Shown here: positions 9,493 to 18,615 of the stretch, piece after piece
Numbering within the stretch: position 1 is the stretch's first letter
Layout of the letters: the number at the start of each line of letters is the position of its first letter
Source of the DNA: an uncultured Pelagibacteraceae bacterium
Lineage (GTDB): Bacteria; Pseudomonadota; Alphaproteobacteria; Pelagibacterales; Pelagibacteraceae
Direction of reading: 5' to 3'
NCBI GenBank assembly: GCA_902580535.1
Contig: CACHKZ010000001.1
Span: 10,498-74,497, forward strand
DNA length: 64,000 bases
Notes under the pieces: model-generated
Told to the model about the DNA's origin: nothing
Database searches by the model: none
Seen by the model: only the letters and a program-made list of their open reading frames with translations
Position numbers and translations under genes: made by a program

Positions 9493-10539
9493 CTAAGATT
9501 TAATTATACTTAAAAATGATTCAACATCAGATGGGTCTGTGTTCCATGCGGTAACTAACCTAACTGCTTTATTCTCCCATTCTTCATCGTTAATTTTGTA
9601 ACCATGCGAATTAAATTGATCGATTATATTTTTTGGTATTTTAACGAAAACCTCGTTTGCATCTGTTGGGAAAGCTAATTCAATATTTTTATGCAACTGC
9701 AAACCTTGGCTTAACTTTTTGCCCATAGCATTTGCATGTTTTGCATTTTTTAACCATACTTCATTTGTTACATAAGCATCTAATTGTGCTGATACAAAAC
9801 GCATTTTTGATAATAAATGACCAGCTCTTTTCATCAAAAAAGGTAAATTACCGACTAAATCTTTATTAAAAAATATGATTGCTTCAGCTGCGAAACATCC
9901 ATTTTTTGTAGCACCGAATGACAGAACATCAATACCAGATTTCCAAGTCATTTCTGCTGGAGAACAGTTTAATGAAACTAAAGCATTTGCAAACCTTGCA
10001 CCATCCATATGGATATTTAGTTTATGTTTATGGGCAACTTCTGATATATTTTTTATTTCATCTAATTGATAAGCCACACCTGTTTCACAAAGTTGTGTAA
10101 TGCTAACTGATGAAGGCTGAGTGTGATGAACAATTCCTTTGCCAGATATGCTATCATCTAACTCTTTAGGAATAATCTTGCCATTAATTCCATCAAGATT
10201 AACTAACTTTGCTCCTCCAGTATAAAATTCAGGTGCTCCACATTCATCTACATTTATATGAGAAAGCCTATGACAGTAAATATTTCCAAAAGGGGGTGTC
10301 ATAGTTGATAAAGCTAAGGCATTCGCAGCAGTTCCTGATGCTGTTGGAAAAACTATTACCTCTTTTTCAAAAATCTCTGAAAATTTATTTTGCAGATTCT
10401 TTGACAATTCATCGTTACCATAAGGAGTTCTATCTACATCATTAGCTTTAAGAATTGCATCTAAAACCTCTGGACAAGCACCAGTAACATTGTCCGATGC
10501 AAATTTTACTCTTTCTCTTTTTGTTTTAATTTTTGCCAC
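9493..10539 (-). CDS. ltaE: Low-specificity L-threonine aldolase (PLP)
   Basis: FASDN, SGTAAN, SHINVDECGAPE, HMDGARF, GATKNG; GTG start. Confidence 0.9.
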   Translation of the reverse strand: MAKIKTKRERVKFASDNVTGACPEVLDAILKANDVDRTPYGNDELSKNLQNKFSEIFEKEVIVFPTASGTAANALALSTMTPPFGNIYCHRLSHINVDECGAPEFYTGGAKLVNLDGINGKIIPKELDDSISGKGIVHHTQPSSVSITQLCETGVAYQLDEIKNISEVAHKHKLNIHMDGARFANALVSLNCSPAEMTWKSGIDVLSFGATKNGCFAAEAIIFFNKDLVGNLPFLMKRAGHLLSKMRFVSAQLDAYVTNEVWLKNAKHANAMGKKLSQGLQLHKNIELAFPTDANEVFVKIPKNIIDQFNSHGYKINDEEWENKAVRLVTAWNTDPSDVESFLSIIKS

Positions 10540-10541
10540 AA

Positions 10542-11657
10542 TTATTGCTTTGGAAAATAGTCTTTTAATTCACCTTCTCGGTATACATCAGCCGTGCAAC
10601 AGTGTAATCCACCTCCGAATGCATAAGCATCTCTTAATTCAATAGGAAGAACTTCCATTCCCAATTTATCAAGTTGTTCTGCTTGATATATTTCACTTTT
10701 TTCAACACATACAGTTTTTGAGTCTAAAACTAATACATTCATTGATAACCAAGTTGATGAATAACATAAGGGTGGTGGTTCGTTATGTGCTGGTTGAGCA
10801 CTATCAACTATTTTCCATCCATTATCCTCAAATAATTTTCTTTGTTCTTTAGGCAGTCTTCTTTGAGGATTATTAATAATCAAGCCCTCCTTTATAGGTG
10901 TAAAAGTTGCATCTATATGAATAGGATAAGGGTCACCTGGAAAATTAACAGCATGTACTCTGTGATCTTTATAATGTCTTTTTAACCAATCAATTCCTTT
11001 TAAATTTGTTGTAAAACCGTGTTGAACAACTAAATCCTTACCAAATCTCAAAACATCAGCAGCATCAAATAATGGCTCCTCTTCAGTTGTTACAAAATAT
11101 TTTTTTTCAGTCCATTCCAACCTTTTTTGAATACCAATTTTATCTGAAAGATAATCTTTACGATAATCGGCATCTGTTAATCTTGGCTTTGGTGCAGATT
11201 CATGTCTCATATTGGGATCAGAATTATAATATTTCTTCAACAAAGGTCTGTAGCATAGATATTCAAACCATCTACACCTATAACTCATTGTTGCTTCTAG
11301 GATTTCATTACCAACAGTCAATAACACATCTCTTGGAGGCATACATCCAAACATTGTTTCTGCTTCCCAATCTGGTGTAGATGTTTTTTGATTGAAATCA
11401 ATAGGGTCTGGTCTATCAACTTTAATTCCTCTTTTTCTTAAAATATCTGAGAAATCATCTAAAAGTTGATTTGCTTTATCTACAGTATCTTTTGTGCGTG
11501 GTCCAAATTGACCTCTCATATCGCTATCTTCAGGAACCTTTGCGTCTAATGCTGGCTCAGGAGCTGGAATGCATGTACCATCTGCTTTTCCTACTATAAC
11601 ATGTTTTAATGGATCCCACTCATTCCAACTATTAACAATTATTTTTTCATCACTCAT
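10542..11657 (-). CDS. Amidinotransferase, L-arginine:glycine amidinotransferase (AGAT)-like
   Basis: NEWDPLKHVIVG, PRD, FDAAD, HIDAT, GGGLHCCT (Asp/His/Cys triad). Confidence 0.9.
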   Translation of the reverse strand: MSDEKIIVNSWNEWDPLKHVIVGKADGTCIPAPEPALDAKVPEDSDMRGQFGPRTKDTVDKANQLLDDFSDILRKRGIKVDRPDPIDFNQKTSTPDWEAETMFGCMPPRDVLLTVGNEILEATMSYRCRWFEYLCYRPLLKKYYNSDPNMRHESAPKPRLTDADYRKDYLSDKIGIQKRLEWTEKKYFVTTEEEPLFDAADVLRFGKDLVVQHGFTTNLKGIDWLKRHYKDHRVHAVNFPGDPYPIHIDATFTPIKEGLIINNPQRRLPKEQRKLFEDNGWKIVDSAQPAHNEPPPLCYSSTWLSMNVLVLDSKTVCVEKSEIYQAEQLDKLGMEVLPIELRDAYAFGGGLHCCTADVYREGELKDYFPKQ

Positions 11658-11658
11658 A

Positions 11659-12564
11659 TTAATTTAAACCGATAAATCTTCTATTGGATTGTATTATTAA
11701 ACTATAATAGAAAATTGACATAAAAATAAAAAATCCACCAATTATAGTATTTGTCGATGGCACTTCATTAATTCCAAGCCATGGCAACCATACCCAAAAA
11801 ATACCACCTATAACTTCAGTTAAAGATAGCAAAGTTAGATCTGCTGCAGGAATACTTTTAGATCCAATTGAATATAATATTAAACCCATGCAAACTAAAG
11901 TTCCATGGGTTGCAAATAAAGCTTCATTTTTACCAGTAGATAAAAAGCTTGCGCCATTACTCATAAGTATTAACGCAGAAAACAAAAAACAAAATAATCC
12001 AGCCAATGCAACAGTAGTAAATTTTGGTGTTTCTTTTCTCCATCTAAGTGAAACTGAAAATATTGAGAAACCTAATGCAGAAATAAGTCCTAACACTAAT
12101 CCAGCCAAAGTATTTTTTTCTGAATTGTCAAAAGCCATTATACAAATACCAACCGCAGCTACTATTATTGCAACCCACACCGTTAAAGAGATTTTTTCTT
12201 TTAGGAACAAAAAACCTAACAAAGCAGTTATAAATGGCATTGCAGCAAGACAAAGCAATGTTATAGCTGCAGTAGTATTAGTTATAGACCATATGAACGT
12301 AATCATTGCAGTTCCTAAGCCAATTCCTCCTACAAAACCAGATATACCTACTTTAAAATAATTCTTATAAAAGTTTTTTCCTTCTTCAAGAAATAAATAC
12401 ATATTTAATAAAAGAAAAATGACTAATCCTCTAGTAAATAAATATTGCCATGGAACTGTCTCCGGCTGATCGATGTGCCTTACAACATAAGGGCCAAATG
12501 ACCAGAAAATTCCAGCTATTAGGACAATTGGAATGGCTACTTTAGGATTTTTTAAATCAAGCAT
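11659..12564 (-). CDS. DMT/EamA family transporter
   Basis: About 10 TM, LSLTEVIGGIFWVW. Confidence 0.85.
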   Translation of the reverse strand: MLDLKNPKVAIPIVLIAGIFWSFGPYVVRHIDQPETVPWQYLFTRGLVIFLLLNMYLFLEEGKNFYKNYFKVGISGFVGGIGLGTAMITFIWSITNTTAAITLLCLAAMPFITALLGFLFLKEKISLTVWVAIIVAAVGICIMAFDNSEKNTLAGLVLGLISALGFSIFSVSLRWRKETPKFTTVALAGLFCFLFSALILMSNGASFLSTGKNEALFATHGTLVCMGLILYSIGSKSIPAADLTLLSLTEVIGGIFWVWLPWLGINEVPSTNTIIGGFFIFMSIFYYSLIIQSNRRFIGLN

Positions 12565-12641
12565 GTGCTATTTTTTTATTTAAGAAGTAAGAAAATATAA
12601 ATATAAATTTACATAATAACAATCAAATAAAATTTAAATTA

Positions 12642-13034
12642 ATGGATATTAATATTTTAAAATTAGCTTCAGATACTAAAAATAACAAGTATATTGGAAA
12701 CTGTACTCATTCAACAAAGTTCAAAAGTCAGATTTGTGGAGACGAGATTGAAATTTTTTTAATTATAAAAGATAATATGATTAAAGATTTTACCTATCAA
12801 TCTCAATCTTGTATATATTGCAATGCGTCAGCTAATATAGCTTCAAAAAATTTTAAAAGGAAAAGTAAAAGCAAAATTAAAAATTTTTTAAAATTATTAG
12901 AACAGTTTAATGATAAAGAAAACATTTTATTTCCTAATGAATGGAAAGATTTTAAAAAAATTTTTAATAAAAAAAATTTTGCTAGGAAAGATTGTATAAC
13001 ATTGCCAATTAAAGCTTTAAAAAAAATAATTTAA
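12642..13034 (+). CDS. NifU/IscU/SufU-like N-terminal domain protein
   Basis: CGDEI, SCIYCNASA, RKDCITLP. Confidence 0.75.
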   Translation: MDINILKLASDTKNNKYIGNCTHSTKFKSQICGDEIEIFLIIKDNMIKDFTYQSQSCIYCNASANIASKNFKRKSKSKIKNFLKLLEQFNDKENILFPNEWKDFKKIFNKKNFARKDCITLPIKALKKII

Positions 13035-13037
13035 TAA

Positions 13038-13499
13038 ATGACAAAAGATAAAATTTATAAGTCACTTTTGGCAGCTTTTTTTTCTACAATAACAATTGGG
13101 ATTTTAACATTATTAACATATAAGACCAATTTTGGTCTTTTTTTAATTGCTTCATTTGGATCTTCAATGGTTCTTTTGTATGGCTATCCTGAAAGCCCTT
13201 TTGCTAAACCAAAAAATATATTATTTGGTCACCTAGTTACTTCTGCTATTGGAATTTTATTTTATAATTACATTCCCTTACCTATTTATATTTTGATACC
13301 TTTAGCTGTAGGTTTTGGAGTTGGATTAATGATATTTTTAAATGTAACTCATCCACCTGCAGGTGGAAACCCCATTATAGTCATATTAGGGTCAGTATCG
13401 TTTGAATATCTTTTGTCCCCAATATTAACTGGATGTCTGATAATAATAGTATTTGGAATTCTTCTAAATAAATTTGTTGCTCAAAAGAAATATCCTTAA
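13038..13499 (+). CDS. HPP family membrane protein
   Basis: ASFGSS, PESPFAKPKN, HPPAG. Confidence 0.9.
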   Translation: MTKDKIYKSLLAAFFSTITIGILTLLTYKTNFGLFLIASFGSSMVLLYGYPESPFAKPKNILFGHLVTSAIGILFYNYIPLPIYILIPLAVGFGVGLMIFLNVTHPPAGGNPIIVILGSVSFEYLLSPILTGCLIIIVFGILLNKFVAQKKYP

Positions 13500-13595
13500 C
13501 ATTTACTATTCATTTGATTGATGTTCCAATTGTGCTAGACTTAGTTTAGAAAATATCTATAGAGAGATTTTAAACTTAAATATTAGGAGATAAAA

Positions 13596-14795
13596 ATGAA
13601 AGTACTTTGTGTGTTATATGATGATCCTAAAGGCGGTATGCCTAAGTCTTATGCCTTATCAGATCTTCCAAAACTAGAAAAATACCCAGATGGAATGACT
13701 TTACCAAGTCCAAAAGGTAGAGATTTTACACCAGGAGAATTGTTAGGCTGTGTATCTGGAGAGTTAGGATTAAGAAAATTTTTGGAAAGTAATGGCCATG
13801 AGTTAATTGTAACAAATAGTAAAGATGGAGAAGGATGCGAGGCTGATAAACATATTGTAGATGCGGATATAGTGATCTCTCAACCTTTCTTCCCTTATTA
13901 TTTAACTAAAGAGAGAATTGCAAAAGCAAAAAATTTAAAAATGGCAGTCACTGCAGGAATTGGGTCAGACCACGTAGATCTACAAGCAGCAATGGATAAT
14001 AAAATTGATGTTGTAGAGGTCACATTCTGTAACTCAAGATCAGTTGCTGAACATATTGTAATGATGATTGTATCTTTGGTGAGAGATTATCATAATCAAC
14101 ACAGAATAGTTAATGAAGGCGGTTGGAACATTGCAGATGCTGTGCAAAGATCCTATGACGTTGAGGGAATGCATATTGGAACGGTTGCAGCTGGAAGAAT
14201 TGGACTTGATGCTTTGAGAAAAATGAAACCTTTTGATGTGCATCTTCACTACTTTGACAGACACAGATTGCCTGAGTCTGTTGAAAAAGAGTTAAATTTA
14301 ACTTTTCATGAAACAGTAGAGTCGATGGTTAAAATTTGTGATGTGGTAACTATAAACTGTCCACTACACCCTGAAACAGAAAATTTATTTGATGATAAAA
14401 TGATTAGTAAGATGAAAAAAGGTGCATACATCGTAAATACTGCTAGAGGTAAAATTTGTAACAGAGACGCTATTGCTAAAGCATTAAAAAGTGGTCAACT
14501 AAGTGGGTACGCTGGAGACGTATGGTTTCCACAACCAGCACCAAATGATCATGTTTGGAGAACGATGCCAAATCATGGAATGACGCCTCATACTTCTGGA
14601 ACTTCTCTTTCAGCACAAGCTAGATATGCTGATGGTGTTAGAGAGATTTTAGAATGTTTTTTTGAAGGTCGTGAAATACGTAACCAATACTTAATTGTAA
14701 AGGATGGACAATTAGCAGGTATGGGTGCACATTCTTATAGTAAAGGAAGTGCTACTGGGGGTTCTGAAGAAGCGGCAAAATATCAAAAAAAATAG
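13596..14795 (+). CDS. fdh: NAD-dependent (metal-independent) formate dehydrogenase
   Basis: GELLGCVSGELGLR, GIGSDHVD, AAGRIG, FDRH, NTARG, GDVWFPQPAP, TPHTSG; strong AGGAGA RBS. Confidence 0.95.
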   Translation: MKVLCVLYDDPKGGMPKSYALSDLPKLEKYPDGMTLPSPKGRDFTPGELLGCVSGELGLRKFLESNGHELIVTNSKDGEGCEADKHIVDADIVISQPFFPYYLTKERIAKAKNLKMAVTAGIGSDHVDLQAAMDNKIDVVEVTFCNSRSVAEHIVMMIVSLVRDYHNQHRIVNEGGWNIADAVQRSYDVEGMHIGTVAAGRIGLDALRKMKPFDVHLHYFDRHRLPESVEKELNLTFHETVESMVKICDVVTINCPLHPETENLFDDKMISKMKKGAYIVNTARGKICNRDAIAKALKSGQLSGYAGDVWFPQPAPNDHVWRTMPNHGMTPHTSGTSLSAQARYADGVREILECFFEGREIRNQYLIVKDGQLAGMGAHSYSKGSATGGSEEAAKYQKK

Positions 14796-14810
14796 AGTTT
14801 TAAATACAAA

Positions 14811-14856
14811 TCATTAAAGGTAAGCTATGAATAAAATAGATAGCTACCTTTAATGA
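14811..14856 (+). promoter_or_regulatory. 17-bp-stem hairpin after fdh that covers the msrA start codon
   Basis: TCATTAAAGGTA(A)GCTAT-N11-ATAGCTACCTTTAATGA. Confidence 0.55.
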
Positions 14857-15431
14857 AAAAGTTTTTATCAATAATTTTCTTATTACTTTCTTCGACTAGC
14901 TTTGCGAATTCACCAAATTTTGAAAAAGCATATTTTGCTGGTGGGTGTTTTTGGTGCATGGAAGAATCATTTGAAAATATTCTAGGTGTTTCAAAAGTTA
15001 TTTCTGGTTATTCAGGTGGCACTACAGAGAATCCAACTTATAAAGAAGTCACATATGGAAATACAGGCCATTTTGAAGTTATTGAAGTAATATTTATTCC
15101 AGAAGTGGTTAGCTATGAAAAACTTTTAGAAGAATTCTGGGTAAATATCGATCCATTTGATTCTGCAGGACAGTTTTGTGACAAAGGATATAGCTATAGA
15201 TCAGTAGCATTTTATCAAAATGAGAAACAAAAAGATTTAATAGAAAATAGTATTAAGGAAATAGAAAAAAAATTTAAAAAAAAAGTCGTAACCTACGTTA
15301 GAGAATTTGAAAAATTTTATAAGGCAGAAGCTTTCCATCAAGATTATTACCAAATAAATTTTGTTAATTATTTAAGATATAAAAAGGCGTGTAGGCGTGA
15401 GGCAACATTAAATAATATTTGGGGGTCTTAA
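14853..15431 (+). CDS. msrA: Peptide methionine sulfoxide reductase A, with signal peptide
   Basis: FAGGCFWCME, SGYSGG, PTY..V..G.TGH.E, AE.FHQDYY. Confidence 0.92.
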   Translation: MKKFLSIIFLLLSSTSFANSPNFEKAYFAGGCFWCMEESFENILGVSKVISGYSGGTTENPTYKEVTYGNTGHFEVIEVIFIPEVVSYEKLLEEFWVNIDPFDSAGQFCDKGYSYRSVAFYQNEKQKDLIENSIKEIEKKFKKKVVTYVREFEKFYKAEAFHQDYYQINFVNYLRYKKACRREATLNNIWGS

Positions 15432-15432
15432 A

Positions 15433-16440
15433 GTGACGATAATCAGCAAATATGTAGCTTTAAAAAATTATATTCCAACTGGCTTACCAAAAGAAACTGA
15501 TTTTGAGATAAAATCAAAAGAAATATCAATTAATAAGGAAAAAAATATATTAGTCTCAAATTCGTGGATATCAGTTGATCCGTATATGAGAGCAAGAATG
15601 ACCGAAAGAAAAAATTATAAACCACCATTTAAAATCGGTGAGGAAATGGAAGGTTATGCAATTGGCAAAATAGAGATTTCAAATGATAAAAGTTTTAATG
15701 TTGGAGATTTAGTATTTAGCAGCCAGGGTATGAGAGACAATTTTGTTTGCAATGCTGATAAACTAAAAAAACTTAAAGCTATTGACATGCCCATACAATC
15801 TTATTTAGGTCCTCTTGGCATGACAGGACATACTGCTTATATCGGACTATTTAAACATGGAGAATTAAAAGCTGGGCAGACAGTTTTAGTATCTTCAGCT
15901 GGAGGCAGTGTTGGTTCCACAGTTTGTCAAATTGCGAAAAATCTTGGTTGTAAAGTTATTGCTAGCACAGGTTCCGATGAAAAAGTTGATTGGTTAAAAA
16001 ACGAACTAAAAGTTGATTATGCTTTCAATTATAAAAAAGTAGAAAACCTTGTGTTACATTTAAAAGAAATATGTCCTGATGGATTTGATCTTTATTTTGA
16101 TAATGTTGGAGGTGATTTTTTGGAGTCCGCAATTTTCCAAATGAAAAATTTTGGTCGTATAGTTGTTTGTGGTAGAATTTCTCAGATGAATGTAACAACA
16201 CCAGGATCTGGAATAAAGAATATGGCACACGTACTTGTTAAAAGACTGACCATTAAAGGATTTTTAATATTTGATCATGAAAATGAAAGAGAGCCATTTG
16301 AAACTGATATGTTGAAATGGTTATCCGAAGGTAAAGTAAAATTTAAAGAAACTATTTATACAGGAATTGAGAGTGCCCCAAAATCATTTATAGATTTATT
16401 AAAGGGAAAGAACACTGGTAAAATGCTTGTCAAAATTTAG
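15433..16440 (+). CDS. NADP-dependent oxidoreductase (MDR; CurA/prostaglandin reductase-like)
   Basis: SVDPYMR, LGMTGHTAY, YFDNVGG, NTGKMLV. Confidence 0.88.
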   Translation: MTIISKYVALKNYIPTGLPKETDFEIKSKEISINKEKNILVSNSWISVDPYMRARMTERKNYKPPFKIGEEMEGYAIGKIEISNDKSFNVGDLVFSSQGMRDNFVCNADKLKKLKAIDMPIQSYLGPLGMTGHTAYIGLFKHGELKAGQTVLVSSAGGSVGSTVCQIAKNLGCKVIASTGSDEKVDWLKNELKVDYAFNYKKVENLVLHLKEICPDGFDLYFDNVGGDFLESAIFQMKNFGRIVVCGRISQMNVTTPGSGIKNMAHVLVKRLTIKGFLIFDHENEREPFETDMLKWLSEGKVKFKETIYTGIESAPKSFIDLLKGKNTGKMLVKI

Positions 16441-16473
16441 TTAAAAAATTTATGACAATATGAATCCTTTATA

Positions 16474-17322
16474 ATGATAAAAACCTTTCCTTTGCTATTT
16501 ATACTATTGTGGTCATCTGCATTTATATCAGGTGATATTATAGTTCAGAGCGCATCTCCATTTGCAGCGCTTGCTTTTAGATTTGGAATTGTAACTATAG
16601 GTTTTTTTTTATTTGCACTATTTAAAAAAGAAATAATTTTTACAAAAATAAGACATGTCCTAGAAAGCATTACTACAGGTGTATTGTTTCATGGATTGTA
16701 TCTTGGTGGTTGTTGGTACGCCTTTCATGTGGGAGTTCCTGCAAGTGTAGTTGCATTAATTGTTACTCTTCAACCTATTTTAACAAATTTATTATCAGGA
16801 CCAATTTATAAGGAAGTTATTGGATGGAGACAGTGGATTGGTATAATTTTTGGATTTGTTGGTTCTTTATTGGTACTCGGAATTGATTTCGGAAATGAGT
16901 TTCCCAAAGATGGAATTATCACTTGTTTTATTGCCCTTGCAGCAATCACTACAGGGACATTATGGCAAAAAAAATTAAGTGGGAATGTTCCTTTATCAGT
17001 AAATAATGGTTTTCAAGCATTTGGTGGCTGTGTTTTTAATCTTATTTTAATATTTTTTTTAGAAACTCCATATATTAACTTTTCAACAGGTTTCATATTA
17101 GGAATGATACATCAGATTGTACTGGTGTCTTTTGGAGCTTTTACAATTTTAATGTTTTTAATAAAGGCAGGTTCAGTAAGTAAGACTTCAACATTATTTT
17201 TTCTTGTTCCTCCTACAACAGCTGTCATGGCTTATTTATTTCTGGGAGAAAAACTATCAAATATAGATGTAATAGGTTTTGTTTTAGCAACTATAGGTGT
17301 TTATATTGCAACAAGAAAGTAA
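16474..17322 (+). CDS. DMT/EamA family transporter
   Basis: LWSSAF, LQPILT, FFLVPP; about 10 TM. Confidence 0.87.
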   Translation: MIKTFPLLFILLWSSAFISGDIIVQSASPFAALAFRFGIVTIGFFLFALFKKEIIFTKIRHVLESITTGVLFHGLYLGGCWYAFHVGVPASVVALIVTLQPILTNLLSGPIYKEVIGWRQWIGIIFGFVGSLLVLGIDFGNEFPKDGIITCFIALAAITTGTLWQKKLSGNVPLSVNNGFQAFGGCVFNLILIFFLETPYINFSTGFILGMIHQIVLVSFGAFTILMFLIKAGSVSKTSTLFFLVPPTTAVMAYLFLGEKLSNIDVIGFVLATIGVYIATRK

Positions 17323-17502
17323 ATGAAAATTATTTATTTTTTTAAAAAGTTTTACAAACCTTTTATTCTAACTTATCTTTTTTTTTCTATTGGTATAAGT
17401 TTCTATCCATCTTTTGAATTTTATTCATTTAAAGGACAATTATTAATTTTGGCTGTATCTTCCTTTAATGGTTTTCTAGGCTATTATGTTAAAAAATTAT
17501 AA
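17323..17502 (+). CDS. Small hypothetical membrane protein (59 aa)
   Basis: ATG directly follows the DMT stop; fills the gap; two hydrophobic segments; below the ORF-track cutoff. Confidence 0.5.
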   Translation: MKIIYFFKKFYKPFILTYLFFSIGISFYPSFEFYSFKGQLLILAVSSFNGFLGYYVKKL

Positions 17503-18600
17503 TACGTAAGGCTCAGGTCTAGCATTACTTTTTAAAACTCTCTCAACATCAAAAACACTTATATCTATTGATTGGTAGCTGCCAGTTGTTATTAACTCAG
17601 TTAGTGCTCTACCAATACCTGGTGCCTGCATTAAACCTCTGCCTGTAAATCCAGAAGCTAAATAAACATTTTCATACTTTGGATGTTTTCCAACAACTGC
17701 ATTGTTGTCTAACTTATTGCAATCATAAAATCCTGCCCATCCTCCTGTTAATTTAAGTTCTTCAAAAGCAGGTACTCTTTTTGCTAGAGCAGGCCAAACT
17801 AATTCCTCAAAATCATTCCATGCTGGTTCTAAATCTTTTGCATCAAACACAGATAACGGTGAGCCAGCTAAAAATTCCTTTCCCTCTGGTCTCCAATAAA
17901 CACCTGTAGTTAAGTCTCCAGTCAATGGCATATCAGGAAAATGTTTAGGACATTTGACTCTAAAAACTGTATGTTTTTGTGGTTCTACTGGGATATCCGA
18001 TAACAGTTCTTTTGTCCAACAACCTGCTGCAGAAATAATTGTTTTTGCATTCAGTTCAGATAAATCTTTAACTTCACCTTTTATAAATTCAGCACCAAGC
18101 TCTATAGCCTTACTTTTTAATGCGCTATGAAACATAAAAGGATCTATCCATCCCTCACTTTTGTTATCAGTGTATGTGGCTGTTTCTATTCCTTCATTAT
18201 TTATATATGGAAAAATTTTATTTAATTCAGAGCCCTTAATATTTTTTGTGCCAGCATCACACTCTTTATGATTCTCTAAAGCTCTGTATTGTTCCTCTGC
18301 GTGTTCTGGTCCAAACATCAATAAGTATCCATTTGGAACCATGCTAGCTGTTGGGTTTGGATTTTTTTGTGTTTTAAGTAATTCAGGGATTTTAAAAATA
18401 AACTCTCTAGCAAATTTACCTAAAAGAATATTTTCTTTTTGATAAAATTGTCTTCTAAAACCACCTAATGAAAGTGGAAATGAGGCAGTCTTATAAGTAG
18501 GGTCTCTCTCAATTACCTTTACTTTTCGCCCTTCCAAAGACATAAAGTAAGCCGTAGCAGCACCAATAATACCTCCACCAACTATAACTACATCATCCAT
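17497..18600 (-). CDS. FAD-dependent oxidoreductase (DAO/sarcosine oxidase beta/FOXRED1-like)
   Basis: VVIVGGGIIG, SLGGFRRQF, GWIDP, WAGFYD, GFTGRGLMQAPGIG. Confidence 0.85.
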   Translation of the reverse strand: MDDVVIVGGGIIGAATAYFMSLEGRKVKVIERDPTYKTASFPLSLGGFRRQFYQKENILLGKFAREFIFKIPELLKTQKNPNPTASMVPNGYLLMFGPEHAEEQYRALENHKECDAGTKNIKGSELNKIFPYINNEGIETATYTDNKSEGWIDPFMFHSALKSKAIELGAEFIKGEVKDLSELNAKTIISAAGCWTKELLSDIPVEPQKHTVFRVKCPKHFPDMPLTGDLTTGVYWRPEGKEFLAGSPLSVFDAKDLEPAWNDFEELVWPALAKRVPAFEELKLTGGWAGFYDCNKLDNNAVVGKHPKYENVYLASGFTGRGLMQAPGIGRALTELITTGSYQSIDISVFDVERVLKSNARPEPYVL

Positions 18601-18615
18601 TTACTCTAATATATA

